Shown piece after piece: positions 28,895 through 49,330 of a DNA stretch of 64,000 nucleotides. Positions within the stretch are counted from its first letter, which is position 1, and each line of letters begins with the position of its first letter. Source of the stretch: Chrysomallon squamiferum (lineage: Eukaryota; Animalia; Mollusca); the NCBI GenBank assembly GCA_012295275.1, contig CM022668.1:6758001-6822000 (forward strand), given 5' to 3'. The notes beneath the pieces are model-generated. The model was not told the origin of the DNA, did not search any database, and saw only the letters and a program-made list of their open reading frames with translations. Position numbers and translations under genes: made by a program.

Positions 28895-29075
28895 GTAGAA
28901 GTCTTTATAAATTTATACGTTTTGTTTTACAAAAACTCAGATACAAACATATATACTGTAATACAAATCTACTGATTATCTTATTAAAGCAATACTTCTT
29001 CAGTATACCAGTTTGTATAATAAGCATTACATATATACATACAGCAATACATATACACATAAATATTTATATACG

Positions 29076-29154
<79 letters not shown>

Positions 29155-29420
29155 AAATGTATTCATACATACATATACATATACATATATATATATACTT
29201 ACACATACACGCATATACATAGATACATACATATGCAAAGGTAGACACACATCCATGCATGCATACATACAAACACACAGATACATACATACTAATCATC
29301 CATCCGTATGTGCTTTCATCTACACACACACACACAAACACACATAGACACACCACATTCTATATTAAGATGAAGTTTTTAAATTTACTGTGGATACTAA
29401 ATGAGCAGATATATTTGTAG

Positions 29421-29580
29421 TTGCAGACACTGTGAGTGACCCGTGTAAAGCTGTCGACGTCTGCGAGACTGGATACAAATGTGACTCAACACAACAGAAA
29501 TGTATTAGCCAATGTTCACACTATAAATGTGACAACAGTGGACAATGCGTTTTAAATGCACAAGGACAGCCAATTTGCAG
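29421..29580 (+). CDS. EGF-like Cys-rich exon
   Basis: tgtag| ... |gtaatg; VADTVSDPCKAVDVCETGYKCDSTQQKCISQCSHYKCDNSGQCVLNAQGQPICR. Confidence 0.88.
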
Positions 29581-30025
29581 GTAATGATCATACTTGTGTG
29601 TTGGCTTGTGTGCGTGTGAATACATACCTAGATCTGTCTGTCTATTTATCTATCAATATATCTGCATGTGTATGTTTGTGTGTTACCTTGCCTGTCTGTC
29701 CTTGTGTGTGTCTGTACTATGTAGATATGTACATGTAAGTGTAACAATGTATGTGTTTATGTTTTTGGAATGAATATAATTTACCTTTTGTACGTCTGAT
29801 GAAACTCCGCACTTACATACTATTCGTGCGTAGGGGTGTGCGTGTGTCTGTTCCTGTGCGTACATGTATTGTATACATATGGACTTCGGTAAACAAAATA
29901 CGTGAATATTTATTAATTAGTTAATTTATTTATTTAAATTAATACTGTCAAAGTGAAACTAAACATCGGTCTGTCTCTCTGTCTGTCTCTACTGTGTCAG
30001 ACATAAAAATAATACTTTATTTCAG

Positions 30026-30214
30026 ATGTGTGAACACAAATAAGTACGTCTACAGCGGAAAGCATTGTGACGTAGTGACGGAACGGCTAAAAATGACGTC
30101 AACATACATCATAGTTATTGCAGCTGGAGCTGGGGGAGGACTCATTTTCATCCTTGTCGTTGCTCTCGTGTGCGTCTGTTGTCAGAGAAAAAAGGAACAG
30201 AAGAAACACAAGCA
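30026..30214 (+). CDS. EGF end plus transmembrane exon
   Basis: ttcag| ... |gtaaga; CVNTNKYVYSGKHCDVVTERLKMTSTYIIVIAAGAGGGLIFILVVALVCVCCQRKKEQKKHKQ. Confidence 0.9.
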
Positions 30215-30398
30215 GTAAGACATCCATTTTGAATTTATCCGGTTATAAACTGGGTCTCATGAATAGTGTAACATCTGAATGATGTATTCGAAATAATTGT
30301 ATTGTTGTAACGATTAGTGGTAGTAGTATAGTATTGTTGTAACGATTAGTCACAGTTTAAAGTCACAGTTTATATCAACATGAATTAAATTTGTATAG

Positions 30399-30654
30399 AG
30401 ATGACCAAGAGAGCTGGAATGATATTCCAACATCGAATAGAACCCCACCCGATCTTACCCTCACCCACCACGTGGCCACAGATACGTCAGTACATGATTA
30501 TTCCATGCTGGGACCCCAAGGAAGAAATGACGGATATTCCATGTTGGGACCCCAAGGAATAAATGACATTAATCCTAAATGGAACAGAAACAGTTCTGTA
30601 GGTGAAAGCGAAGTCAATATTTTCAAATCTCCAAAAAGCGAAGATGTGCTGGAG
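30399..30654 (+). CDS. Cytoplasmic tail exon 1 (two YSML repeats)
   Basis: gtatag| phase 2 ... |gtatgg; DDQESWND...HDYSMLGPQGRNDGYSMLGPQGINDINPKW...SPKSEDVLE. Confidence 0.8.
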
Positions 30655-31209
30655 GTATGGTATATTTCTAGACGTAAAATAAAATAAATTATAGTAAATT
30701 AAAATAGAATAAAGTCAAATGTAATAAATAAAATTACAATAAAGTAAAATAAATTTATATAAATAATTTAAGTAAAATAAAAAAATATATATATAATTTT
30801 ATATATTAAAGTAATTAAAATATAATAATTTTATATATTAAAGTAAATTAAAATAAAGTAAAATAAATGTATATAGTAAAGTAAGATAAAACAAAGTAAA
30901 GCAAAGCAAATTAAAATAAAATAAAATAAAATCATTTAAAATTAAGTAAAAAGAAAGTAAAATGAAATTGATGTTATTTAAAATAAATAAAACCAAATAA
31001 ATTATAGCAAAATGAAATGTAATAATAAAAGTTAATCAAACATAACCAGGCAAATATATAAATAAGAACATAAAACAAAGTATAAAGAAAAAAAGAAAAA
31101 GAAAAGTGAATCTCAAAAAGAAAAAGGAACAATAATAAGAAAATTTATCATTAAAAGATAATAAAATTACATTTGAAGTGAAATAATATATGACACTATA
31201 AACAGATAT

Positions 31210-31256
<47 letters not shown>

Positions 31257-31271
31257 TTTGTATGTATGTAG

Positions 31272-31925
31272 TCTTTTATGTACCAGCCGTGGAACATACG
31301 TCATCCAATCACTCGAACAAGCGGTGGTTATGGCGACACTCTGGAAAGACACGTCACAATGAACTCACGTCATCAAGATGAACGAGAAAATTCTCATGTA
31401 GACATAAGAAGTAACACAGCAGGCATTTATCCGGGTGGATTATCCTCCGAAGATAGAATCAAGCCAACTCTGGAAAGAGAGGCACATAGGTCACGTGACT
31501 GTCATGACTATCGATCCGATCCCCTGGACGTCAGACGCTTTTCGCAGGAGAAGGGAGATAACTATAAGGGCGACAATTACAGAAGCGACCGAGATTCTGA
31601 CAATGCAAGCAAGGGAGATAACTATGTCAGAGAAATGGAAAGCTATACTGGACGAGTGACGGATGGGTATTCCAGAGAAGTGGAAGGCCAAGGGGGACAG
31701 TTGAGAGATAATTACGTCATCGAAGGAGAACGGAAGTTTGGTTACGAAGGAGGAAATGCCGGACATAAGTATTCTGCAGAAAAGGAACGCCATTTTGAAT
31801 TGGAAAATGACAGGAGATGGCAGTCGAAAGAATTGCAGGAGTCGGTTGCAAGATTTGGTGCTCCTAATAGAGAAAATGATGAAAGAACGTCACCAATGTA
31901 CCAGCATCGATTACCAGAAACTCGT
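31272..31925 (+). CDS. Cytoplasmic tail exon 2 (long, R/D/E/Y-rich)
   Basis: tgtag| ... |gtacgt, 654 nt open; SFMYQPWNIRHP...MYQHRLPETR; four paralogous copies in window. Confidence 0.8.
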
Positions 31926-32066
31926 GTACGTATTTCATTTATTTATTTATTTATTGTTATTTATTTATTATTATTTATTATTATTATTTTTTTTGTTACA
32001 GTCATATCTTTCAAAACTAGAGACAGTTCATTAGTTAGTTCAACACTGCATCTGTAAACAAATTAG

Positions 32067-32119
<53 letters not shown>

Positions 32120-32358
32120 AGGTACAATAAATACATCATATTAATATTTATAATAAGAAAACATAATTAAAAAAAAAATTAACCGTAGATTCGTAATATA
32201 GTATTATTTATTTATTCATAGATATAATAAATTCACAGATATGAAAAGAAAATGTATTAATGAAATAAAATATTTACTGACATAAAAATGTATTTATTTA
32301 TTCCTGTTATAACCCATCAGCTGAAAATTGAAAATGTACAAATTATTTTTTGTTGCTG

Positions 32359-32400
<42 letters not shown>

Positions 32401-32404
32401 TCAG

Positions 32405-32446
32405 TTTGAAATAAGAAGACCTCAGATATCTTTCATCCATCACTAA
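32405..32446 (+). CDS. Last exon of mucin-SEA-EGF-TM gene
   Basis: tttcag|TTTGAAATAAGAAGACCTCAG...; FEIRRPQISFIHH*; seven copies in window. Confidence 0.75.
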   Translation, partial: FEIRRPQISFIHH

Positions 32447-34626
32447 GTGAGTAAAGTCATTGAAGTCAGCTAACTAGCATCCTGCAATTATAAAATAAAT
32501 ATCTCTTTGTGAGCTACAACTGTATGTGTGTATGCATGTATATGTTTATTTGCATCTTTATGTATGTGTATCTATTTTTGAGGTATATATCATTGTGTAT
32601 ATATATATATATATGACATGAATTTGTATACATACGAGTGCGTGTGTGTGTGTGTTTGTGATGAAAACCCAACAAAAAACTGAAAAAGAAAACCTGGAAC
32701 AGAACAAACAAATTTTACTGATTTTAATTTACCAAAATTCTTCATTTGATTGTCCACTGCAGTTATAGACTGTCTGTGATTAATAACATGAATAAGTATA
32801 TATATATATATATAAAATTGTTTTTAATTAGATGATGATAAATAGATGTTTGCTTTGTGGGACTAAAATCGCAAGCTTCTTGAACCTTATACTGTATTAA
32901 ATAAAAAAAATGTATGCAGATAAATAAATATCGAACATAATCATTTCTCTTTTTATATACATATATGCATAAATAATTATATATAATACGATATATAATA
33001 TATACAAATTCAACAAATATCTTATATATCTTAAAATAAATTAATGTATATAGATAAATAAATATATAATGTAATACTTTCTTTTTATATACATATACGC
33101 ATATATAATTATATATGATCTGATATATAATATTTATACAAATTAATGAAACAAATATTGAACAAATTATAAAAACGTAAATAGATCAATGAAAATTATA
33201 AGTGAAAAACATAAATAGAAATATTCAATAAAAAGAATTATTATATAACTTAACGTATAACTGGATTCTGAGTAGAACACGTCTGTTATGTGTTATTCTT
33301 CTTCTTCTGCTTGTTATTATTATTAATAATGAAGGTAATAATACCAGAAGTAGTAGTAGTAGTAGTAGTAGTAATAGTAGTAATTAGTAATAATACACAT
33401 ATGCTTTTAAAATAATGTTGACTTAACTATAATTTAAATTTGTCATTTTGTACTTTTTTATCTGGATGTATTTATGATTGATTAAATAAAAATTACTGCT
33501 TCGAATGTTTTTTCGTTATTATTATTCTTTCGTGTACATAAACATAAGATTTTATTCACTATGTTAGCATGGTTTGAGAAATCATCATGATGTTAATAAA
33601 ACAAAATTGTCTTCCATACAATTCTAAAAATATGATTTGACTAAGCTGAATGTTTCTTAAATAGACCCTGTTATTTTAATAGATTTTCTTTATGTAACAA
33701 ACCTCGATTCTTCAGTTTATTTTCTTTTTAAATAGCCCTGTTTTTAATAGATTTTCTTTAATTTTCTTTAAAGATTTTCTTTAATATGTTTCTGTAATAT
33801 ATTTTTAAAGAACATTTTTCTTTAATAGAAAACTGTTTCTTTAATAGATTATTTTTCTTTAACAGTTCCGATTTCTTTAATAGATTATCTTGTTTTGAAA
33901 CATTTTTTAATAGAGTGTTTATAACAGATTCATTTTCTTTAATACAATCTGTTTATTTGATAACTTTTCTTTTTCTTTTTAAACAGTGACAGTTTCTCTA
34001 ATTTAACAGACTGTTTCTTTAGTAGATTCTCTTTTTAATAGACTAATAAATAATATTTCTTTAATACATTCTGTTTATTTAATAAATTCTCTCTTTTTCC
34101 TTTTTAATAGTGCAGTTTCTGTAACAGATTCTCTTTTTTAATAGACCCTCTTTTTTTAACATATTCTTTTTAATAGATTATTTCTTTAAGAAATAATATT
34201 TCTTGAATTGATTCTATTTCTTGAATATATCCCCTTTCCTTAAGATTCTGTTTCATAAACAAATTCTGTTTCTATAATATATTATCTTTATTTGGTGAAC
34301 CCCTTTCTATAACAGATTCTGTTTCTTTAAAGAACAGATTTCTTTAAAAGATTCTGTGTGTTCAAAGAACCCATTTCTCTAGATTCCGTTTCTTTTAAGA
34401 ACCCATTTCTTTAATAAAATCTGTTTCTCTAAAGAAATCATTTCTTTAATAAACCTTGTTTCTTTAATAAACCGTGTTTCTTTAACAGATTATGTTTCTT
34501 TAATAAACCTTGTTTCTTTAATTGATTTTGCTTCTTTAATAGACCTTGTTTCTTTACTAGATTATCTTTCTTGACCCTGTTTCTTTAATATATTTCTTTT
34601 TTGATATACACCCCGTTCTGATTTGA

Positions 34627-35500
34627 TTAAAAACCTGGATTATCTTTTCCTTGTTTCTCTAGATCCTCTCTTTGTTTTATTTCTATATTCGCGTTGTCAA
34701 ACTCTGCTTCTGCAATCTTTGATGATGCAAAAGCTTTTCGTATTTCCCATCAGAACAAAGGAATATATTCGTTAACAGAGAGACACATTTGCAAATATAT
34801 AAAAACATGCTGTAACACAGAAAAAGATTTAAAGAAAAAATGTCATTCTTGTTGCTATTATTAATATTATTATTATTATTATTACTATTACTATTATTAT
34901 TATTATTATTACTTATGTTTTCTAATATAATACAGCCACAATCAGCAGCAACAACAACACCACTTGAAAATTACCTGACCAAATCCTGATGCGAAACACT
35001 TATCACAGATGAGGTTTCAAGTCCTGTCCCGTGAGATCCGTGTACATCAGAGGGAAATGCGGGTTGTGCAATCGCTCATCGACTCTTGTTTTTCCTGAGA
35101 CGCACGAGATTTTCCTGTCACTCTTTTCCCCTGGATGTTAATTTAAATCGCGGAATCAGAACAGTTGAATTGACACAGATACACAGGGTGCCGAACATAA
35201 CACAGATAGATGTACAAATAGAACAAATTTAATGGCATTAGAATTAACTTCTACTAAAATTTATTATTATTTTCTTTTCTTTTCGTTAATCGTTCTTTGT
35301 TGTTGTTGTTTGTTGCTGTGATGCTGCTGGTGCTGGTGGTTTTACTAATAAATAAATAACCAAACAAAATAAATAAATAAATAAAGGATATAAAATAAAA
35401 TAAAACCAAGAAAACTGCCGATATTCCCACGTTCTTCCAAAAATAGTTTTGTAATGAATTTTACAAAATTTATCCAAAATCTGAAAGGCCCAGATGTCAA
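34627..35500 (-). pseudogene. TSP1-TM gene remnant (terminal exon, broken TM exon, upstream-exon homolog)
   Basis: 34627-34747 EIRKAFASSKIAEAEFDN...GKDNPGF* with acceptor AG>TG; TM exon ~34915-34965 truncated and frameshifted. Confidence 0.7.
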
Positions 35501-36265
35501 TGAACTGAACAGACAAAGAAACATATAATTTAATAACAATATAATATAGATGTTCAAAAAGGTTGCTCAATAACCGAGGGTAATGATCGCTTCCCACGAA
35601 ACACGCCGTTCTTTGTCTTTCGTCATTTCAGCGTGCATCTATTTTGTGGGAAAGCTGCCACTGGTAAGTATGTTCTTTGGGATTTCAAATATTCAGATTT
35701 GTTTGTACGTATGTATGTATGAATTACGGATGGTCGAACAGAAATTAAAAGGTTTTCATTCATTATTTAATTAACATAAATTATTAATGTATTATGAGCG
35801 TGTCATTTTTCCTGGTTTTAATTCATTATTTAATTAGATATAAAGGAGCAATGTCTGGGAGAAATATAAGAACAGTGTCTGGAAATACACAAAAACAGTT
35901 TCTGGGAGAAATACAGCAACAGTGGCTGGAGATATGCAAGAAAAGGATCTGGAGATGCACAAACACGGTGTCTGAATAGGCGTAAGGAAAATGTCTGTAA
36001 AACAGTGTCTGCAAATGTGATAGGAGAACATACATGCTAGAAGAACCTGAATTGGTGTGTTGGATAACTGAATGTTTATACGTGAATCTATGTCTGACAC
36101 GAACTATTTTATTAATTTTATTTTACTTTTGTGAACTATGTACATACCTGTTCTCTCTCTCCAAATTTAAATCATATCAAACATACCGATGATGTATGTA
36201 TGTATGTGTATGTACGTGTGTGTGTGTATTCGTGTGTGTGTTTGTGTGTGTGTTCGTGTGTGTGT

Positions 36266-36306
<41 letters not shown>

Positions 36307-36990
36307 AAAGAAGCAGTATCTGTTAAATAAAAAAATATATTAAAAAGCATGGTAAAGAAATAGGATATATTAAAGAAAACGAATACTCCAAAGAAACATG
36401 ATCTCTAAAAAAAAAAAAGTCTGTTAAAAAAAGATGAGATATTAAACGAATGTGGTCCTTTAAAGATGGAATATTTTGAAGAAAGACAATTTATTAAAAA
36501 AAAAAAAAGAAGAATACATTGCAGAAAAATATTAAAGAAAACTAAAGAAAATCTATTAAAAACAAAACAACAAAAGTGGCTATTAAAGAAAGATAATCTA
36601 CTAAAGAAACAAGGTTTGTTAAATAAAGAAGATCTATTAAAGAGACAGGGTTACCGTTGATGACTACAAAGCGAGCTCAGACTAATCAAATCCTATTTTC
36701 TAAATTGTATAGAAGACAATTTTGTTTTCCAAGCATCATTATAATTTCTCAAACAGTGCTAACACAGTGAATATAATCTCAAATGTATTAACGAAAGAAT
36801 GGTGATAAGAAAAACGCTCAAAGCAGTAATTTTTATTGAATCAGTCAGAAATATATAGTACAAAGAAATACAGATAATTTTAAATTATGGTTATATCAAT
36901 ATTATTTTTAAAATATGTGTGTATTGTTTACTAATTATTACCATTATTACCGTTACTGGCATTATTACCATTATAATCATCATGATCATC

Positions 36991-37038
<48 letters not shown>

Positions 37039-37417
37039 GAAATATATTCAGAATCTGTATATTCAATATTGTCTAATTATTATTTTATTTTTTTTGCTAA
37101 TTATTTTCTCATTTATTTCTTTCAATTACAATTTTTATTACTCCATTTGCATTGTTTTAATTTGAGCAGTATTTCTTTCATTAACCTGCTTATATATATT
37201 ATATAATAAAATTATATTCATCCACTGATAGTGTATATACTCACATTATATATGATTATTTATGCGTATATGTATAGAAAAAGAAAAATTATTACTTCAT
37301 TTATTTATTTATGTATCAACATACATTTATTTATTTAAAATAATATAAGGTACAAAAAGGGTGCGGTTTTAGTCCAAAAAGCATGCACCTATTTATGATC
37401 ATCTAATTAAAAACAAT

Positions 37418-37458
<41 letters not shown>

Positions 37459-37828
37459 TTATTCATATTACCAATCACAGATAGTCAGCAATTGCAGTGG
37501 ACAATCAAATAAGCTTTTCTGTAAATTAAAATCAATAAAAAGTCTTTGTTCTGTTCCAGGTTTTCTTACTCCAGTTGTTTTCATCTTCTTCAAAACTGGA
37601 AGAAAATAGTGATAATTGTAACTACTATCCTTATATTTATACTTACTAACACAAACATAAATATATAAATATACTCTTATGTTCTCATGCACATAAACAC
37701 ACATATATACACATAGGTACAAATATACATACATATACTCACTGACATATACCTTCGTAAATAAATACACACACATAGACGACCATACAGATATAAACAC
37801 ACATATACATGCATACACAAATACTCAC

Positions 37829-37870
37829 TTAGTGATGGATGAAAGATATCTCAAGCCTTCTTATTTCAAA
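37829..37870 (-). pseudogene. Orphan last exon of mucin-SEA gene
   Basis: FEIRRLEISFIHH* with ttag acceptor; no upstream tail exons adjacent. Confidence 0.65.
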
Positions 37871-38063
37871 CTAATAATAATAATAAGGATGATGATAATG
37901 ATAATAATAATAATAATATAATAATAAAACAAAAGATAATTTATGCATTTTCAGTTTTCACCTGATCTATTGGAATAAAAATACATAAATAAATTAGTTT
38001 TTTTTCACATAAAAACGTTTATTTATCCTATGTATGCAATTTAATGAAACACCACATATATAT

Positions 38064-38173
<110 letters not shown>

Positions 38174-38588
38174 GATAGATAGATAGATAGATAGACAGAT
38201 AGATAGATAGATAGATATTCTATATTCTGTTCAGGCGAATATATTACATTTAAAATAACATTTTGTTTGTTATCTTATCTAAGAAAATCTGTGTTAATTC
38301 TTCACTAGGTCAAAACACTTCCGAGTGTAACAAAGATTAGAGACTTAGTAACATACAAGACGTCCGGGTATTTGTCAGAGAGAAAATGCAAAAAGGTCTT
38401 TTCTTTGTCTACCGTCTTTATGTAGACTAAATTATAACATTTGTATATGTGTGTTTGTGTGTGTATATTTATATATACACACACATACACATATATATAT
38501 GAATTAAACAGTAAGTTTATTTATATATTTATTACATTAATACAAGTGTGTGTATGTGTGTGTGTATTTATGTGTGTATACATACATT

Positions 38589-38646
<58 letters not shown>

Positions 38647-39791
38647 GATACATATTGTCTATGGGTATATATATATACATAATATGCTATGTGTATTACA
38701 TTTAAATATATTATTTCTGTAATTATTACTGGGGTGATGTTGTTGTTATTATTATCAGTTTCATATATTTTTAACAGATCTCAGTAGAGTAAATTTAATT
38801 TCTTTACATTTTCCCATTGCTATGGGTGTTTCCATTAACATCAATCAAATAAATTAGACACTTGAAGTATCATTGAAAACTAAATCTCTTATCAGCAAGA
38901 AGTCAAACACACCCTTCAGAAACCAGCTACTGAACTGGGGTGTGGTTCGCGTGTGTGTGTGTGTGTGTGTGTGTGTTTAAATGTGTGTCCGTGTGTGCAT
39001 ATATACTTGCGTGTGTCGGACTACCGTAAGACAACCTCAACTTAATGTATGTGTTTCTGTTTATACACACATATGTCTGTTTATATACAGTGTCTGTGTG
39101 TTTATGTTTATATACAGTGTCTGTGTGTGTGTGTGTGTCTCTATGGCCGCAACTAAAATATTATTATGGAAAATATCTAAAGCATCATTACTTTGTGAAT
39201 ATAAATTTCAAGATAATATGAATTTCATTAGAAGGAAGAAAATGAATGTTGAAAATTAAAAAAGAATAGGTACCCCTAGATTTTTGTTTGACCTTCCTTG
39301 ATAAAAAAAACTGTATTCATCTTATCAGCTGAACAGGGAAGGAATGTTGGACAATAAAAGGTTTTCAGTACAAAGATCGTTGTCGTCTCGTTTTAGTTTC
39401 GGGTCGAAATATAAATCGTATTATATTTTTACATATGTTTTGCTTAATAGTATGTTTGTATGCATGTAAGTACGTTTAAGTTATTGTGTATGTATTGAAG
39501 CATATGTCTGTATAAATACTTAAATAACGTTTTATAAAAATTATTGTTTTCATTCTCAATACAGAGACTAACAGTCGATGAATATAATTTCTATAATCCA
39601 GAACAGAGAAGACTTCAGAGACAACTGAATCGACAGAATTATAACTGCAACACGAACTAAGAAAAGAATCTTTCCTTCGCACTTGGGATACATCCTGATG
39701 TAAGTGTCATATTAAAATAGTGTACATATAAAAAAATGTTAATTAGATTTAATTGTCATTCTGAATGATTCTCTTTTCAATATATTTTTAG

Positions 39792-39896
<105 letters not shown>

Positions 39897-40229
39897 CTTA
39901 TCCGGTTCTAAACTGGGTCTCATGAATAGTGTAACATCTGAATCATATATTCGAAATAACTGTATTGTTGTACGATTAATAGTAGTAGTATAGTTGTAAC
40001 AAAAGAAGGACTAGAACTAGTAACAGCAGTAATAGTAGTGTTAGTAATAGAATCAGTAGTAGTCGTAGTATTATTAGTGGAAATAATATAGTAATGATAG
40101 TAAAAATAGCAGTAGCAGCAGCACAGCTCTAGTAGAAGTAGTAGTAGTCGTAGTGGCTGTAATAGAACTAGTAATAGTAGGACTAGTAGTAGAAGTAATA
40201 ATAATAAGAATAGCCATAGTGACAATAAT

Positions 40230-41430
40230 AGTAATAGTAGTAGGAGTAGTAATACCAGTAGTTCTAGTGGTAGGGGTACTAGTACCAGTAGTTTTAGTGG
40301 TACGAGTAGTAGTACCAGTAGTTCTAGTGGTATGAGTTGTTGTACCAGTACGTCTAGTGGTAGGAGTAGTAGTACCAGTAGTTCTAGTGGTAGGAGTAGT
40401 AGTATCAGGAGTTTTAGTGATAGAAGTAGTAGTACGAGTAGTTTTAGTGATAGGAGTAGTACTACCAGTAGTTTTAGTGATAGGATTAGAAGTACCAGTA
40501 GTTCTAGTGGTACGAGTAGTAGTACCAGTAGTTTTAGTGGTAGGAGTAGTAGTACCAGGAGTTCTAATGGTAGGAGTAGCAGTACCAGTAGTTTTAGTGG
40601 TTGGAGTAGTAGTACCAGTAGTTTTAGTGGTAGGAGTAGTAGTACCAGTAGTTTTAGTGGTAGGAGTAATAGTACCAGTAGTTCTAGTGGTAGGAGTAGT
40701 AGTACCAGTAGTTTTAGTGGTAGGAGTAGCAGTACCAGTAGTTCTAGTGGTAGGAGTAGTAGTATCAGTAGTTTTAGTGGTACGAGTAGTAGTACCAGTA
40801 GTTATAGTGGTACTAGTAGTAGTACCAGTAGTTTTAGTTGTAGGAGTAGTAGTACCAGTAGTTCTAGTGGTAGGAGTAGTAGTACCAGTAGTTTTAGTGG
40901 TAGGAGTAGCAGTACCAGTAGTTCTAGTGGTACGAGTAGTAGTACCAGTAGTTCTAGTGGTAGGAGTAGTAGTAGTACCAGTAGTTCTAATGCTAGGAGT
41001 AGTAGTACCAGTAGTTCTAGTGGTAGGAGAAGTAGTACCAGTAGTTCTAATGACAGGAGGAGTAGTACCAGTAGTTTTAGTGGTACGAGTAGTAGTACCA
41101 GTAGTTTTAATGACAGGAGGAGTAGTATCAGTAGTTTTAGTGGTAGGAGTGGTAGTACCAGTAGTTTTAATGACAGGAGGAGTAGTACCAGTAGTTATAG
41201 TGGTAGGAGTAGTAGTACCAGTAGTTTTAATGACAGGAGGAGTAGTATCAGTAGTTGTAGTGGTAGGAGTAGTAGTACCAGTAGTTTTAGTGGTAGGAGT
41301 GGTAGTACCAGTAGTTTTAGTGGTACGAGTAGTAGTACCAGTAGTTTTAATGACAGGAGGAGTAGTATCAGTAGTTGTAGTGGTAGGAGTGGTAGTACCA
41401 GTAGTTTTAGTGGTAGGAGTAGTAGTGTTA
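40230..41430. repeat. 30-bp minisatellite (GTAGTACCAGTAGTTTTAGTGGTAGGAGTA)n in the paralogous post-TM intron
   Basis: About 40 units; flanks match intron 30215-30398; minus strand reads (TTKTTGTTTP)n. Confidence 0.9.
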
Positions 41431-41571
41431 GTATTAGTACTAATAGTAATGCTGGTAACTGCTGTAGTAGTAATAATAATAGTCAGTCGTAGTCGTAGTA
41501 TCAGTAATAGTAATAATAGTACTGCTAGTAGTAAATGTAACAGCATCAGCATCAGCAGCAGCATCAGCAGC

Positions 41572-41620
<49 letters not shown>

Positions 41621-41729
41621 ATGACAGTAAATAGAAGAAGAAAAGATTCTTCTAAATACAGTCAGTCTGAGAATGTATTAAATAGGAATTTAAATGAATT
41701 AAAATTTTAATATCACAGTTTGTGGTGGT

Positions 41730-49330
<7,601 letters not shown>

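Noticed and set aside
34975-35255. Possible decayed TSP1 exon (LCSAPC..., |gtaatt donor); copy at ~46080-46370
   Set aside because: Stops, no WxxW and incomplete Cys pattern; too weak to call
36466-36660. Lys/Leu-rich ORF (duplicate at 47651-47848)
   Set aside because: Arises from the degenerate TTAAAGAAA satellite; conserved only through recent duplication
40332-41634. Ser-rich and Val-rich + strand ORFs of 386 and 425 aa
   Set aside because: Alternative readings of an intronic 30-bp minisatellite; no splice or domain support
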